NCBI RefSeq assembly: GCF_009914755.1
Contig: NC_060927.1
Length of the DNA stretch: 64,000 nucleotides
From: the human T2T-CHM13v2.0 reference genome, Homo sapiens
Strand: one strand, 5' to 3'
A program made the position numbers and the translations under genes. Shown here in pieces: positions 38,957 through 51,330 of this stretch (its first letter is position 1; every line of letters starts with the position of its first letter). The notes beneath the pieces are model-generated. The model had not been told where the DNA came from, did no database searches, and was given only the letters and a program-made list of their open reading frames with translations.

Positions 38957-41900
38957 TTTCATGAGTTTGTCTAGTTTTGATCTTTGAGGCTGTTGACCCT
39001 TGGATGGGGTTTTTTGTGGGGACATATTTTGTTTTTGATGCTGTTGTTGTTGCCTTCTGATTGTATGTTTTTCTTTCAATGGTCAGGTTCCTCTTCTGTA
39101 GGGCTGCTGTGGTTTGCTGTGGGTCTACTTCAGGCCCTAATCATCTGGTTCACTCCCACACCTGGAGATGTCACTCAAGGATGCTGGGGAACAGCAAATA
39201 TGGGTGCTTGGTCCTTCTTCTGGGATCTCTGACCTTGAGGGTCACTAAACTGATGCCAGTAGGATCACTCCTGTATAAGGTGTCTGACAACCCCTGTTGG
39301 AGGGTCTCACCCAGTTGGGTGGCACAGGGGAACAGGAACCATTTAATGAGGCACTTTAACTGTTCCTTGGTGGAGGGGATGTGCTTTGCTGTGAAGAAAC
39401 CTCTTGCCTGGGCTGCTCTGATTCCTCAGAACTACCAGGAGGAAAGGCTAATTCTGCTGTTCCACAGAGACTGCAGCCACACCTCCCCCTAAGGTCTCAG
39501 GCCCAGGAGATCAGGGTTCTTTCTGTCCCTGAACCTCTGGCTGGAGTTGTTGGGGTTCCTTCAGGGAGGCCCTACCCACTGGAGAAGGTTGGGTCAGTGT
39601 CAGGCCTGAAGAGGCACTCTGGCCACAGTCTGCCAGAGCCGGTATGTTGGGCTGTCGGGGACACTTCTTGAGACCAAGCTGTCCAGCCTCCCTCGCTCCA
39701 GGAGGGGAAAAGCATGGCCTGGAGCTATAGAAAGGGATGCTGCCCTTCCCCGGCCCAGGAAACTTAGCGGGTTAGGCAGTTATGCCTTCCAGTGCTGGCT
39801 GCTGCCTCTTCCACAAGGAGTTCAAACTGCTTCGACAGCAGGCAGCCACTGCTGTGGTGTTGGTCGACCCTCCCCGCAGGAACTCTGAAGGCTTAAGCAG
39901 ATTCTAGCTGAGAGGCTGTTGAGAATCTGCACAGCTCCGGGGTTGGGACCCTAGGCCCCAGTGGCGTGGGTTCAGAAGTGGGAATTTCCAATCCATGGGT
40001 TGCACAGTTCCATGGGAAAAGCACGGTTTCCCCAGCTGGGTAGCATGCTCACTCACCGCAGCTCTTGGCTGTGGGGTGGGGGCTCCGCTTCCCTGTGTAG
40101 CTTTCTCAGGTGGGCCACTGGACCACGCTGCTCTTTCTTCCTCTCCATGGATCATGCCAGCCACCTAGTCTGTGAACATCAGACATTTTAAGTTACTTTG
40201 GGAACCTTGGTAGGAGCTGAGATTTTTGTTATCAAGATAGGGATTAAAATTTTTTAAAGAGATTGAATTCCACGCTTGGCAAGGCTGTTGAAATCTTTGC
40301 TATTCAGGGTGAGTTATTTCATTTCTTGTACCTTCATCATGGAAATTGTGAATGCAAGTTTTCACTGATAACCAGATGCTGTGTTGGTGCTAATGTATGC
40401 AATTAATCAGATGGCAATCTTACAACACAGCAAAAAATAGAAGGTGGAAAAAACAAAAGAAACAACAAAACAAATTTCACTGTCTTTAGAATTTCTAGAA
40501 TTTCCCTTAGCCCACGGTCTACAATTTGACCATAAGGTAAGTGAAAAATGAATATACAAAGCACAATACGAATGAGAAATCATTTTATTATTTTAGCCTA
40601 AAAATATAGAACCAGTAGAGTTATATTTTAATGGATATTTTTTCAACCTTCTGCATTCTCATTTGATACCAAAGTTTGACACTCTTTTCAATCTAAGTCC
40701 ACAATTTGGTTTAAGTGCCACTCCTGGAAGAAATATTTTTATAAGCGGTTAATAAGAAATGGCTAGTAATTTTTTATAGAAGAAGTGATCATTAATACCC
40801 CTAAATTGGTTCTGGTCTCAGAAAATATGAAACAGTATTCATGTATTTTTTACCCATCTAGGGCTTTGTTGATACAATCTGAATAAAAGAAACTCTCAAA
40901 GTTATTCATCAATTCAAATTGTCATCTTATTTTTAAAGTGCACCACATCTTCTCTATCTTTTCTACTGCTTTACTTCAAACTCTAGTAAACTTTCACACA
41001 GTTTATTACTACAGCTTCTTAATTCCCCCTCCTTGTCTCTTATCTTTCCCAATTGTAATCTTTCTTTTACAGTTACTACCTAGATCCAACTGGCTTTGAT
41101 TCAAATATGATTGCCACTTTTCCCTCTTAAAAAGAAAAAAAAAAGAGAGAGAAAAAAACTTACCTCTACAAAGTTTAGTAAAGTAACCCAAATGACTTTT
41201 GAGGTGATTTACATTCAGAGATTCATAGATTTTCAGAAGCATGAGTTAACTAAAGTCAGCTGTAGAAGTGTACTTACTTAGATGAGACAGTGGCTAATAC
41301 GTTGGCACTAGGAGTCCAGTCTTTGGTGTGAATCTACTCCTGATTGGTGGATTTTTTTAAAAAAATGAGATGCTCTTACTGATTTGTTGGCTTCCCAAGC
41401 GTGTTCACTGAGAAAAATTTGTCATTGGTGAGAGAATCATACCGAATTTTGATATTTCTGTAACTACAGAGCTGTAATTGATTGGTTAAATAGGTATCTA
41501 ACTGGTTTTATTGGCTACTTACTATCATGGCTACAAAATAATCAGTTCTCCCAGAAATATAGGAATTTATTTTTATGTCACCCCTCCTAGTTTCATGTTT
41601 TAAGAGAAACCACCAAATATTATGTAAATTTCAACCATTGTTGTTAATTTTCTTTGAAGATGAGTTTGCTGTTGTTATAAAGAACTAATTGTATGCTTTA
41701 CTTTTATGAATAAAAATTGAATAGCTTAATCACATTGATCAGTTTAATTTCATCCTATTTTGTCTTTTCATTATTCAATGCATTATTTGTATAAACAATA
41801 GATGATGTACAGATGTATTTAAAATTTTACATATGGACGTTGGACAACTACTTTCCATTGGATATTGTAAAACAAAAGAAATATAAAACTGAACTGGATG

Positions 41901-42827
41901 CCTTGATGAAAATATGATCTGAGATTACTCAAGTATAACAAAGAAACAAGTCCTATTAGCTTCTTAAGTCTACCTTAAATAATCAGGTTGGCATTTCTTT
42001 TAACTTAGATGTAGATTGTTCAATGTTACCTTTAGTGTTAAACCATGTACAACACCAAGTGTTGCTGATTTTGCAGATTTCCCATGATTGGGCAAAAGAA
42101 AAATATAAGGCTATTTGTTATTCATCTAAAAAATTGAAATTTGATTATGGGACCAAAGTTATGAATTATCAACCATGTTACAGAAATTAAGGCACATTTA
42201 AAAAATTGTCTGATGTTTTCCAATTCCTGTAGATAACAGCACTATTCTCAATAGTGTTTCCACTGATTACTTAATATTTATTATTCCAGGAAGAGTTTTG
42301 TCACTTTGGACTCTCTTTAAAAGACTTAGTAAACTGAGGGTGGTGAGAAGCTATACACTTGGAATAGTCTATTAGGCCTACAAAACACATTCAATAATTA
42401 TTTAAATTGTTTGTCTTAGGCACACTTTGGGAGAGCTGAATTATAGATTTAGAGTGATGATTTTACTTAGCAAATCTCAAATATAGGTAAATTATACACA
42501 AACATACACCCACTCCACACGTAAGGAGAAAATACATGACCAGAGTAACAAAAGTGAGTGTGAAAATCAGTAATTCCAGGTGTCCCTTTGGTCTTAGGTA
42601 GAAACTGTCTACTTAAAGAAGTTATAAACTTGTTCCAAGGATCTTGGGTCAATAGGCAAGTTCTGTTGACCTTCATTTTCTGGAGGTTCTGTGTATAATA
42701 AAACAACTATTAAGGGTATAAAATAGTACATATTTTCATTTCTGATAACATTTCTTGTATTTTTTCAGGGTTTGATAGTAATAAGAGTAAATTCTTGAGC
42801 AAGAAAGAAGGCATTGCATGATTCATG

Positions 42828-43060
42828 TATAATTATATAGTATATATATAGTATATATAAGTATATATAGTATATATTATAGCATATATAGTACATATTA
42901 TATATAGTGTATATATAGCATATATTATATATAGTGTATATATAGTATATGTTATATATAGTATCTATATAGTATATATTATATATAGTATCTGTATAGT
43001 ATATATTATATATAGTATATATAGAGTATACTGTATCCACAGTGTAATATATATATATGT
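42828..43060. repeat. AT-rich minisatellite, period about 27 bp
   Basis: Repeats of atatagtgtatatatagcatatattat variants; the ORF track shows the 9-aa periodic YTIYNIYYI. Confidence 0.9.
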
Positions 43061-46000
43061 AAGTATCTTTGATAAATGCTTTGATATCTAAAGCATTTTT
43101 TGGCACTGTAAGTGTTGTGGTTTTTGACCATATAATGTTTCATCCATTCATAAATATATATTAATAGAAATGTTTTCTAACTCATAGATGGAAGTAGTTG
43201 TATAAACTCCATTTGTAGATGCTCAAAGTGTTCTTTAGGATATGGTTCCATTCTGTGCACATCATTACAGTTTTTACATTAGTAAAGTTGTAGCATAAAA
43301 TGACAACATTCTTTACTATTCTAAAAGAATTCCCTAGTCAGTACTTAATACTATGACCAATTTGTGCCAATTCTTATAGATTATTTCATAGAGGATTTTT
43401 TAGTCAAGTGATAATCTGAGGTTGTGTCTGGCTACTAGACACCCATTCTGGATTTGTCACATCTTATTCTCATGAAGCTATCAACTTGATTATTTAAAAT
43501 ATTTTACAGAATCGAGGCCACTAATTATGCCTATAAAGTGAGAACCTTGATCTTCTTTATGGTTTTAACTTTCTTTTACATAGCTTAACGTTAGTCATAG
43601 ATATTTGTTTAGCATGATGCTAGAGCATTTTCTCTAGATACCATACTATCCCTTTTACTGTGGTTCTCTACCTTTCTTACAATGATACATTTTGTAGCAT
43701 TAAAGCATAAGGTGATAATTATTCCCGAAACATACAATCAGTGTAAATATCTACACTTTTATTTTTAGTGATTTGACATGCTTTAATAAAGGCCACAATT
43801 TTGATTTCTGGAGCAATCAATTTCTGCTGAAGATCAGATTTTATAAAATATTACTCTGTTCTGTGAAGTAAGAAAAAAATAAGTTATTGCATCCTCAAAC
43901 TACCATTGTCTCCTTTCACTTATTAGGTGAAACATAAAAACAAAAAGAATTGGTTTAGAATTTGTTAATAGAGAGTCTAAAATATCAGATTCTGTGCATT
44001 GATACTTCTTAAGTTTTAGAAACATAATTGTGAAGTACTCTTTCTTTGGTTAAAAATAATAGAGATGATAGATTGAGAGTGTAATACCTGTGGATGATAA
44101 CATAAGGAAGAGGAAGTAACAATTTTTCATAATCAGGCAACAAGGTAAAACATACTGAGTGGTTTCAGTTAACAATAGGTATTTTACTAAGAATGGTACT
44201 AACAGATTTAATGATTATCTACTATAATTATTGAACATTCTGTGGTTAATTTTACCAACATTAAAATTTATCTGAGGCAAGAAGAATAAATCTAGCTTAC
44301 TAGATCAAGAGACGGGCTATGATATGTCACTGGTCATTGATGTGTTTCATGCTGTTAATAACTCTAGAAAATAGCCTAATCTTTTGTGTACTTATTAAAA
44401 GATTATGATAATCTTGGAAGAATCAATCTGGATTCTTATGCATACTTCACCACATATTATCTTTGTATCTATAGAGTCCCTTTCCCTTAAGAATTCTAAG
44501 AACATGGATGATTCCTCAGGATTTTTGTTTGTTTACTTTTAAAATCATATATAGTATATGTGTATTAATGTCAAGACCAACAATAATCTGATTATGTTTA
44601 AGAATACTTCCAGAACCTTTAAAAAATAATTATTCTATCGTATATAACTGAGAAGATGTATTTGCAAAGTAGACCCTACCTGTTATATTTTTGGGGTAAT
44701 ATCACAGGATGAAAGAAGTATCTTTCTGATATTAATTCCAAAATAGAGTAAAAGGTTGCACTTGAGTAAAGATTTAGTGTGTTGAAAATTCCATTTATTT
44801 GAGTGGTTCTAGTTAACCAAGGCAAACAGTTCATTTCCCTGTCAGGTATTCCACAATAACTCTCTACCTGGAAATTTTCCTTTATGATGTCTTTCATATT
44901 CTATTAGATATTTCTATTTTCCAGAAAATTGCTTTTTCCCCTTTCAATCTCAATACCAGTTAACTTGCCTTATTTCCTTTTATTAAAGTCACTTTAAAAA
45001 TTATTCTGAAAATCTGCTGATCTATGGCAGTGTCAACAAGGAAGCCGGATTTTTGCTATTCTGTACGTATAAATAATACCTCTTGGAAGTTTAAAAGAAA
45101 AATAGGGAACTTTTCAGTGTTAATATTGCCCTCACAGCAACATAAATGGGCAGATTGTGTATAGTTATTGTTTTGTTTCTTATGTAACATGGAGCATTTG
45201 CTTCCTCCAATGGGCCTCTGTTTGCAGTGTCTCCATAGGTTCTTATTCATAAGCTTTCAATTGTTACAGAATAGATGACTTTTAGTTCTTGTTTTTATTT
45301 TAGAAACCAATTGTTTTATCCAGTGTGCCAGGTTTTTTTATTTTTAGCTTGCTTACTTTCTAAGCCTTCTTTAAAAATATTCAGCTACATTTTCAAGTGG
45401 ACACGGTAGTCTATATTTTGATTTTATTATTTTGGTTCCTTATTTCTGAAAAGAGTCTAAGGTTTCCTTTACTCCAGCCATTCAATCCACACTAGAACAC
45501 AAGGTAATACTCTTTGAAAGTTTTTATAGTCAATTTCTCATTTTATTTTTCTTTACAATTTTTAGTCTTGTGCAATACCTATTATTCCCTTCTCAATGAT
45601 TTTTAAAAATATATATAACTAGCTAGATGGTTCAAAATCTTCTCTCTTCTACCCCAATAATTTTAAATATTTTTTCTCTCTCTCATCAAAACTCTGTCCT
45701 TAAAAGTGCTATTTATTAAATGATCCACTTGGTTAAGGTCTTATAGTCCAGGACACTACGCATCTAATAAAATCCTGAATTCTATAATAATTTTCTATTC
45801 ATCTTCTTGAAGTTTAAGGAGTACCTTAATTAATGGATTTTACTCAGATCTATAGCAGAGTTTAAATTAAACTTCTAAAGATTTGTCTGATGATATAACA
45901 ATTTTATAACTGATTGTTATTTTCGTGTGACAATCTTGAAGAAAGAATAAATATATTTGGAGGTCAACTGAAGAAACCTAAAGTAAAGAAGTATAAGTTG

Positions 46001-46383
46001 GGCTGTGCCAATAAGGCTGAGAATGAAAACAATGCAAGGATGGTATATTTCAGAACATGGAAAACAGGATGTTTTATAAATAGAATTTTCGAGTTAGATT
46101 TCTCTATTGATTTGATTGAAAAGGTTGACTATTTGAATTTAATCTCTTAATTTTTCTAGAGCTCCTTTTTAATGTATAGTTGATTTTTTACATCAACATT
46201 TTTTTCATAGTGACCCCTGTTATTTTAATACAAAAATCTTACCTTTTCAGCTCAAAAGCTTTAATTATAGCATAGGCTGCAGAGGTACAGAAAGAGTTAA
46301 ATAATCAACAATTCAACAATTTTTGATCCCAATGTATGAAGAAAATACGATGATCCTCTTTTCACAAAATCCTTACAAAAGTT

Positions 46384-46428
46384 TTCCTTCCTTCCTTGCT
46401 TGCTTGCTTGCTTCCTTCCTTCCTTCCA
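46384..46428. repeat. (TTCC)n/(TTGC)n microsatellite at an L1 tail
   Basis: Read directly. Confidence 0.9.
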
Positions 46429-46549
46429 TTATTTTATTTTATTTTCCTTCCAACTTTTATTTTTTTTAGGTTCAGGAAATACACATACAGGTTTCTTACA
46501 CAGGTAAATTACATGTTGCAGGTGTTTGGTGTACAAATTATTTTGTTAC

Positions 46550-46915
46550 TGCATTAGTTCATTTTCACGCCGCTAATAAAGACATATCTGAGACTAGGTA
46601 GTTTATAAAGGAAAGAGGTTTAATGGACTCACAGTTCCACGTGGCTAGGGTGGCCTCACAGTCATGGTGGAAGGTAAAGGAGGAACAAAGGTACATCTTA
46701 CATGGTGGCAGGCAAGAGAGCATGTGCAGGGGAATTGCTCTTTATAAAACCATCAGATCTTGTGAGACTTATTCACTATCATAAGAACAGCACAGGAAAA
46801 ACCCACCCCCATGATTCAATTATCTCCAGCCGGGTCCCTCCCATGACACATGTGGGGATTATGGGAGATACAATTCAAGATGAAATTTGAGTGGGAACAT
46901 AGTCAAACCAGATCA
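46550..46915 (-). mobile_element. THE1 (C/D-like) MaLR solo LTR
   Basis: 366 bp bounded by TG...CA; THE1 motifs (gaggtttaatggactcacagttccac, aaaaccatcagatcttgtgagac); perfect 5-bp TSD gttac at 46545-46549 and 46916-46920. Confidence 0.96.
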
Positions 46916-47494
46916 GTTACCCAGGTATTGAGCATAGTACCTAATAAGTTGTTTTTTGATCCTCACCTTCCTCCTACCCTCCAACCTCAAGTAGGCCATG
47001 GTGTCTACTGTTCTTGCTCCTTTCTTTGTGTCCATGTGTGCTCAAAGTTGAGCTCCCAGTTGTAAAGTAAGAACAAGCCATATTTGGCTTGCTGTTCCTC
47101 CATTAATTTATGTAGAGTAATGGCCTCCAGCTGCACTGCTGCTGCTGCAAAAGACATTTTATTCTTTCTTATGGCTGCACGATATTCCATGGTGTATATG
47201 TACCACATTTTCTTTATACATTACATGATTGATGGGTACCTAGGTTGATTCCCTGTCTTCCCTTTTGTGAACAGTGCTTCAATGAACATATACATGCATG
47301 TGTATTTATTGTAGAACTGCTTATATTCCTTTGGGTAGATACCCAGTAATGTGGTTGCTGGGTTGAATGGTAGCTCTGTTCCAAGATTTTTTTTGAGAAA
47401 TCTCCAGAGTGCTTTCCACAGTGGCTGCACTGATTTACATTACTACCAGCAGTGTATAAGAGTTCCCTATTCTTCACAATCTCGCCAGCGTCTG

Positions 47495-47554
47495 ATATAT
47501 ATAGATATAGATATAGATATACACACATATGTGTATATATATAATGTGTGTATA

Positions 47555-47591
<37 letters not shown>

Positions 47592-47869
47592 TGGTAGTAA
47601 TGTAAATCAGTGAAGCCACTGTGGAAAGCACTCTGGAGATTTCTCAAAAAAAATCTTGGAACAGAGCTACCATTCAAACTTTTACAAACTATGCATTTGA
47701 CAAAGGTCTAATATCCAAAATTGATACGGAGCTTAAACCAATCAACAAGCAAAAAATAACCCCAATATATATGTATGTGTGTATATATATTATACACATA
47801 TATATGTATATATACAAATACATAATGTATATATACACACATATATATGTGTGTGTGCATATATATATA
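47495..47869. other. Insertion of about 375 bp: TA-rich tract, two inverted local copies, TA-rich tract
   Basis: 47589-47677 is the reverse complement of 47363-47451 (2 mismatches in 89); 47676-47767 is the reverse complement of 48029-48120 (1 mismatch in 92). Confidence 0.95.
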
Positions 47870-50839
47870 TTTTTTTTTACTTTTTAATAGTAGTCATTCT
47901 GACTGGTGTGAGATGATATCTGATTGTGGTTTTGATTTGCATTTGTCAAATAACTTGTGAGGCTATGCATTTTTATTATGCTTGTTGGCATAAGAAAAGT
48001 GTCTTATGATGTCCTTTGGCCATTTTTTTATTGGGGTTATTTTTTGCTTGTTGATTGGTTTAAGCTCCTTATCAATTTTGGATATTAGACCTTTGTCAAA
48101 TGCATAGTTTGTAAAAGTTTTCCCTCCTTCTGTAGGTTGTCTGTTTATACTGTTGATCATTTATTTTGCTGTGCAGAAGCTCTTTAGTTTAATTAAGTTC
48201 CATTTGTCAATTTGTTTTTGTTGCAACTTTTTTTGAGTTTTTATTGTGAAACATTTGCCAGGCCCTATGTTCAGAATGTATTCCCCAGGTTTTCTTCCAG
48301 AGTTTTTATAGCTTTAGGTTTCACAGTTAAGTTTTTAATCCACCTTGAGTTGATTATTGTATGTTTCAATCTACTAGATATGGCTAACCAGTTATCCCAG
48401 CACCATTTATTGAACAGGGAGTCCTTTCTCCATGCTTGTTGTTGAATTGTCAAAGATCAAATTGTTGTAGGTGTCTGGCCTTATTTCTGGGCTCTGTAAC
48501 CTGTTCTAATTGTCTGCCTGGATTCATACCAGTACCATGCTGTTTTGGTTATTGTAGACCTGTAGTATACTTTGAAGTAGGTTGGTGTGATGCTTCTAGT
48601 TTTGTTCTTTTTGCTTAGAATTGCTTTGGCTATTCTCACTTTTTTTGTTTCATATGACTTATAGAATAATTATATCTAATTCTCTAAAAAATGTCATTGG
48701 TAGTTTGATAGAAATAGTACTGTATCTGTAAATTGCTTTGGGAACTATGAACATTTTAACATTAATGATTCTTCCTACTCATGAGGAAGGAATGTTTTTC
48801 CAGTTATTTGTGTCATCTCTTTTTTATTTCAGCAGTGTTTTATAATTCTTTTTGTAAAGATCTTTCACCTATTTGGTTAGCTGTATTACTAGTTATTTTG
48901 TTGTTTTTGTGGCTATTGCAATGGGATTGCATTATTGATTTGGCTCTCTGCTTAGATGTTATCTACTGACTTTTGTACATTGGTTTTGTATCCTGAAACT
49001 TCCCTGAAGTTGTTTATCAGAACTAGGAGCCTTTAGGCAGAGACAATGGGGTTTTCTAGTTATAGAATCATGTAGTCTGTGAAGAGAGATACTTTGACTT
49101 TCTTTCCTCTTATTTGGATGCTTTTTATTTCTTTCTTTTGCCTGATTGCTCTGGCTAGGACATCCAGAACTATGTTGAATAGGAGTGGCAAGAGTGGGAA
49201 TCCTTGTCTTGTTCTAGCTCTCAAGGGGAATGTTTCCAGCTTTCGCCAATTCACTGTAATGTTTGCTCTTGGGGGTTCATAGGTGGCTATTATCATTTTG
49301 AGGTATATTCCTTTGATGCCTAGTTTGTTGAAGGTTTTTACAATGAATGGATATTGAATTTTATCAAAAGCTTTTTTTTGCCTCTATTAAGACAACCATG
49401 TGTATTTTGTTTTTATTTCTGTTTACGTGATGAATCACATTTATTGATTTGCATATGTTGAACCAATCTTGCATCCCAGGTACAAAGCCTACTTGTTCGT
49501 GGTAGATTAGTTTTTGATGTGCTGCTTGATTCAGTTTGCTAATATTTTGTTATCTATTTTCATCAGAGACATTGGCCTGAAGTTTTCTTTTGGGTTGTGT
49601 TTCTGTCAGGTTTTGATGTGAGAATGATGCTGGCTTCATAGAATGGGTTAGGGAGGAATCCTGTGACCTTGATTTTTTTCGAGTAATTTCAATAAGACTG
49701 ATACCAGTTCTTTACACATATGGTAGAATTTGCCCTTGAGGACTTCACTGTAACATAAATTGGGTTTCATCAAGCGATTTCCTTTCTGGATGATTTCAGG
49801 GGGCCAAGGCTCAGCTTAGCACTCTTCAACTGCATGCTCTAACCCTGGGGGACTGCAACCAGGCTCAGGGCTTTGGGCTTTGTTGTCTGGCTCCTCTATG
49901 TTAAGCACCTACTTAACTGAAATGTCCCCAGTCTGCTGGCAACAACACCCTGGAGATGCTGGCAAAAGTGCTTCTTTGTGACAGAGGCAGCAGGGTCTGT
50001 TCTCACATGTGCACACTGGTGGCGGTTGGGTGGCAGCACAGTGGGGTATGTATGTACATGCTGGTGGCAGCAGGACAATGGCAGTGCAGTGGAATCTGTG
50101 TGCATGTGCATTTGCCAGTGAAATGGTGTGGGGAGGAGGCCACAGGGGGGAATGTCAGCACAAGGTGTCTGATAGCTACATGGGGTCTTGAGTGAAAGAG
50201 CTATGGCAGTGGCCTCTGGAAAACACTACTGTTGGGCATCTGAGGCTGCACTGCAAGCAGATGTAGCCAGGCAGGGACCCCAGGAGAAGCTGGCAGACAG
50301 GGGGTTCTCATATCCAACTGTCCCTGTCCCATGGGCAAGATAGCCTTGTTCTGTCCAGATCTGATATTCAACAAACACCAAAGCCACCTAGAGGAACATG
50401 GCAAGCCGTAGAAAATAGGCATTCCTAACCATGCCCAGCTGCAGCTATTCTCATGCCAAGCCCTCTGGGGTCCACACAGGCTGCAGCCTTGTCCTTGCCC
50501 ACTCTGCAAGCAGATTTTCCCACCAGCTCAAATGTCCATAGGGGTTATGGAGTCTCTTGCAGTTAGGATTCTGGAAGTTCATTGTGAGAGTGGGGCACTC
50601 CATACCTATTTAGCTTACCCCTGCCCCAAGAGCTGCTCAGAGCCAGGAAAAGTTCACAGTGCATGGCAGCCCCATGCAGGGTGCCCAGCTTTCTTCCCCT
50701 TCAGCCCAGGACATGCATTCTCCCTCCATCCACTCTCAATGCCTTCCTTCCAGCGATGTGCTTGGAGTGTGCCAGTCTTGATGATCTGGTTTCTCAGTGA
50801 GAAAAGCCCTTCCTGGCTGCATCTATTCTGGAAACTTAG

Positions 50840-51173
<334 letters not shown>

Positions 51174-51330
51174 TTAACTTCCTCTTTACTAATTTTTATA
51201 TATAAATCATGTACATAAATTTAAAATTTTATGGGTATATAAATTATATAAATATAAGTATATAAATTAAAAATTTTTAATTAATCTCTGATAAATTTTT
51301 TGTGATTATTTTATCTTTATTAGATAACAT

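Larger units (their letters stand above)
33856..40170 (-). mobile_element. Near-full-length primate L1 (L1PA8/8A-like), about 6.3 kb, inactive
   Basis: Collinear 3'UTR, ORF2, ORF1 and 5'UTR; degenerate TSD gaacattaaatatttt (33840-33855) / gaacatcagacatttt (40174-40189) at a TT/AAAA site. Confidence 0.97.

Noticed and set aside
42765-43106. 113-aa Tyr/Ile-rich repeat protein
   Set aside because: It is a translation of the AT-rich minisatellite.
47589-47767. Twin-priming L1 inversion as the explanation for the inverted pieces
   Set aside because: Twin priming inverts the 5' part of an element without duplicating both flanks; here both sources remain in place, the L1 continues in its original orientation, and TA tracts bracket the insert.
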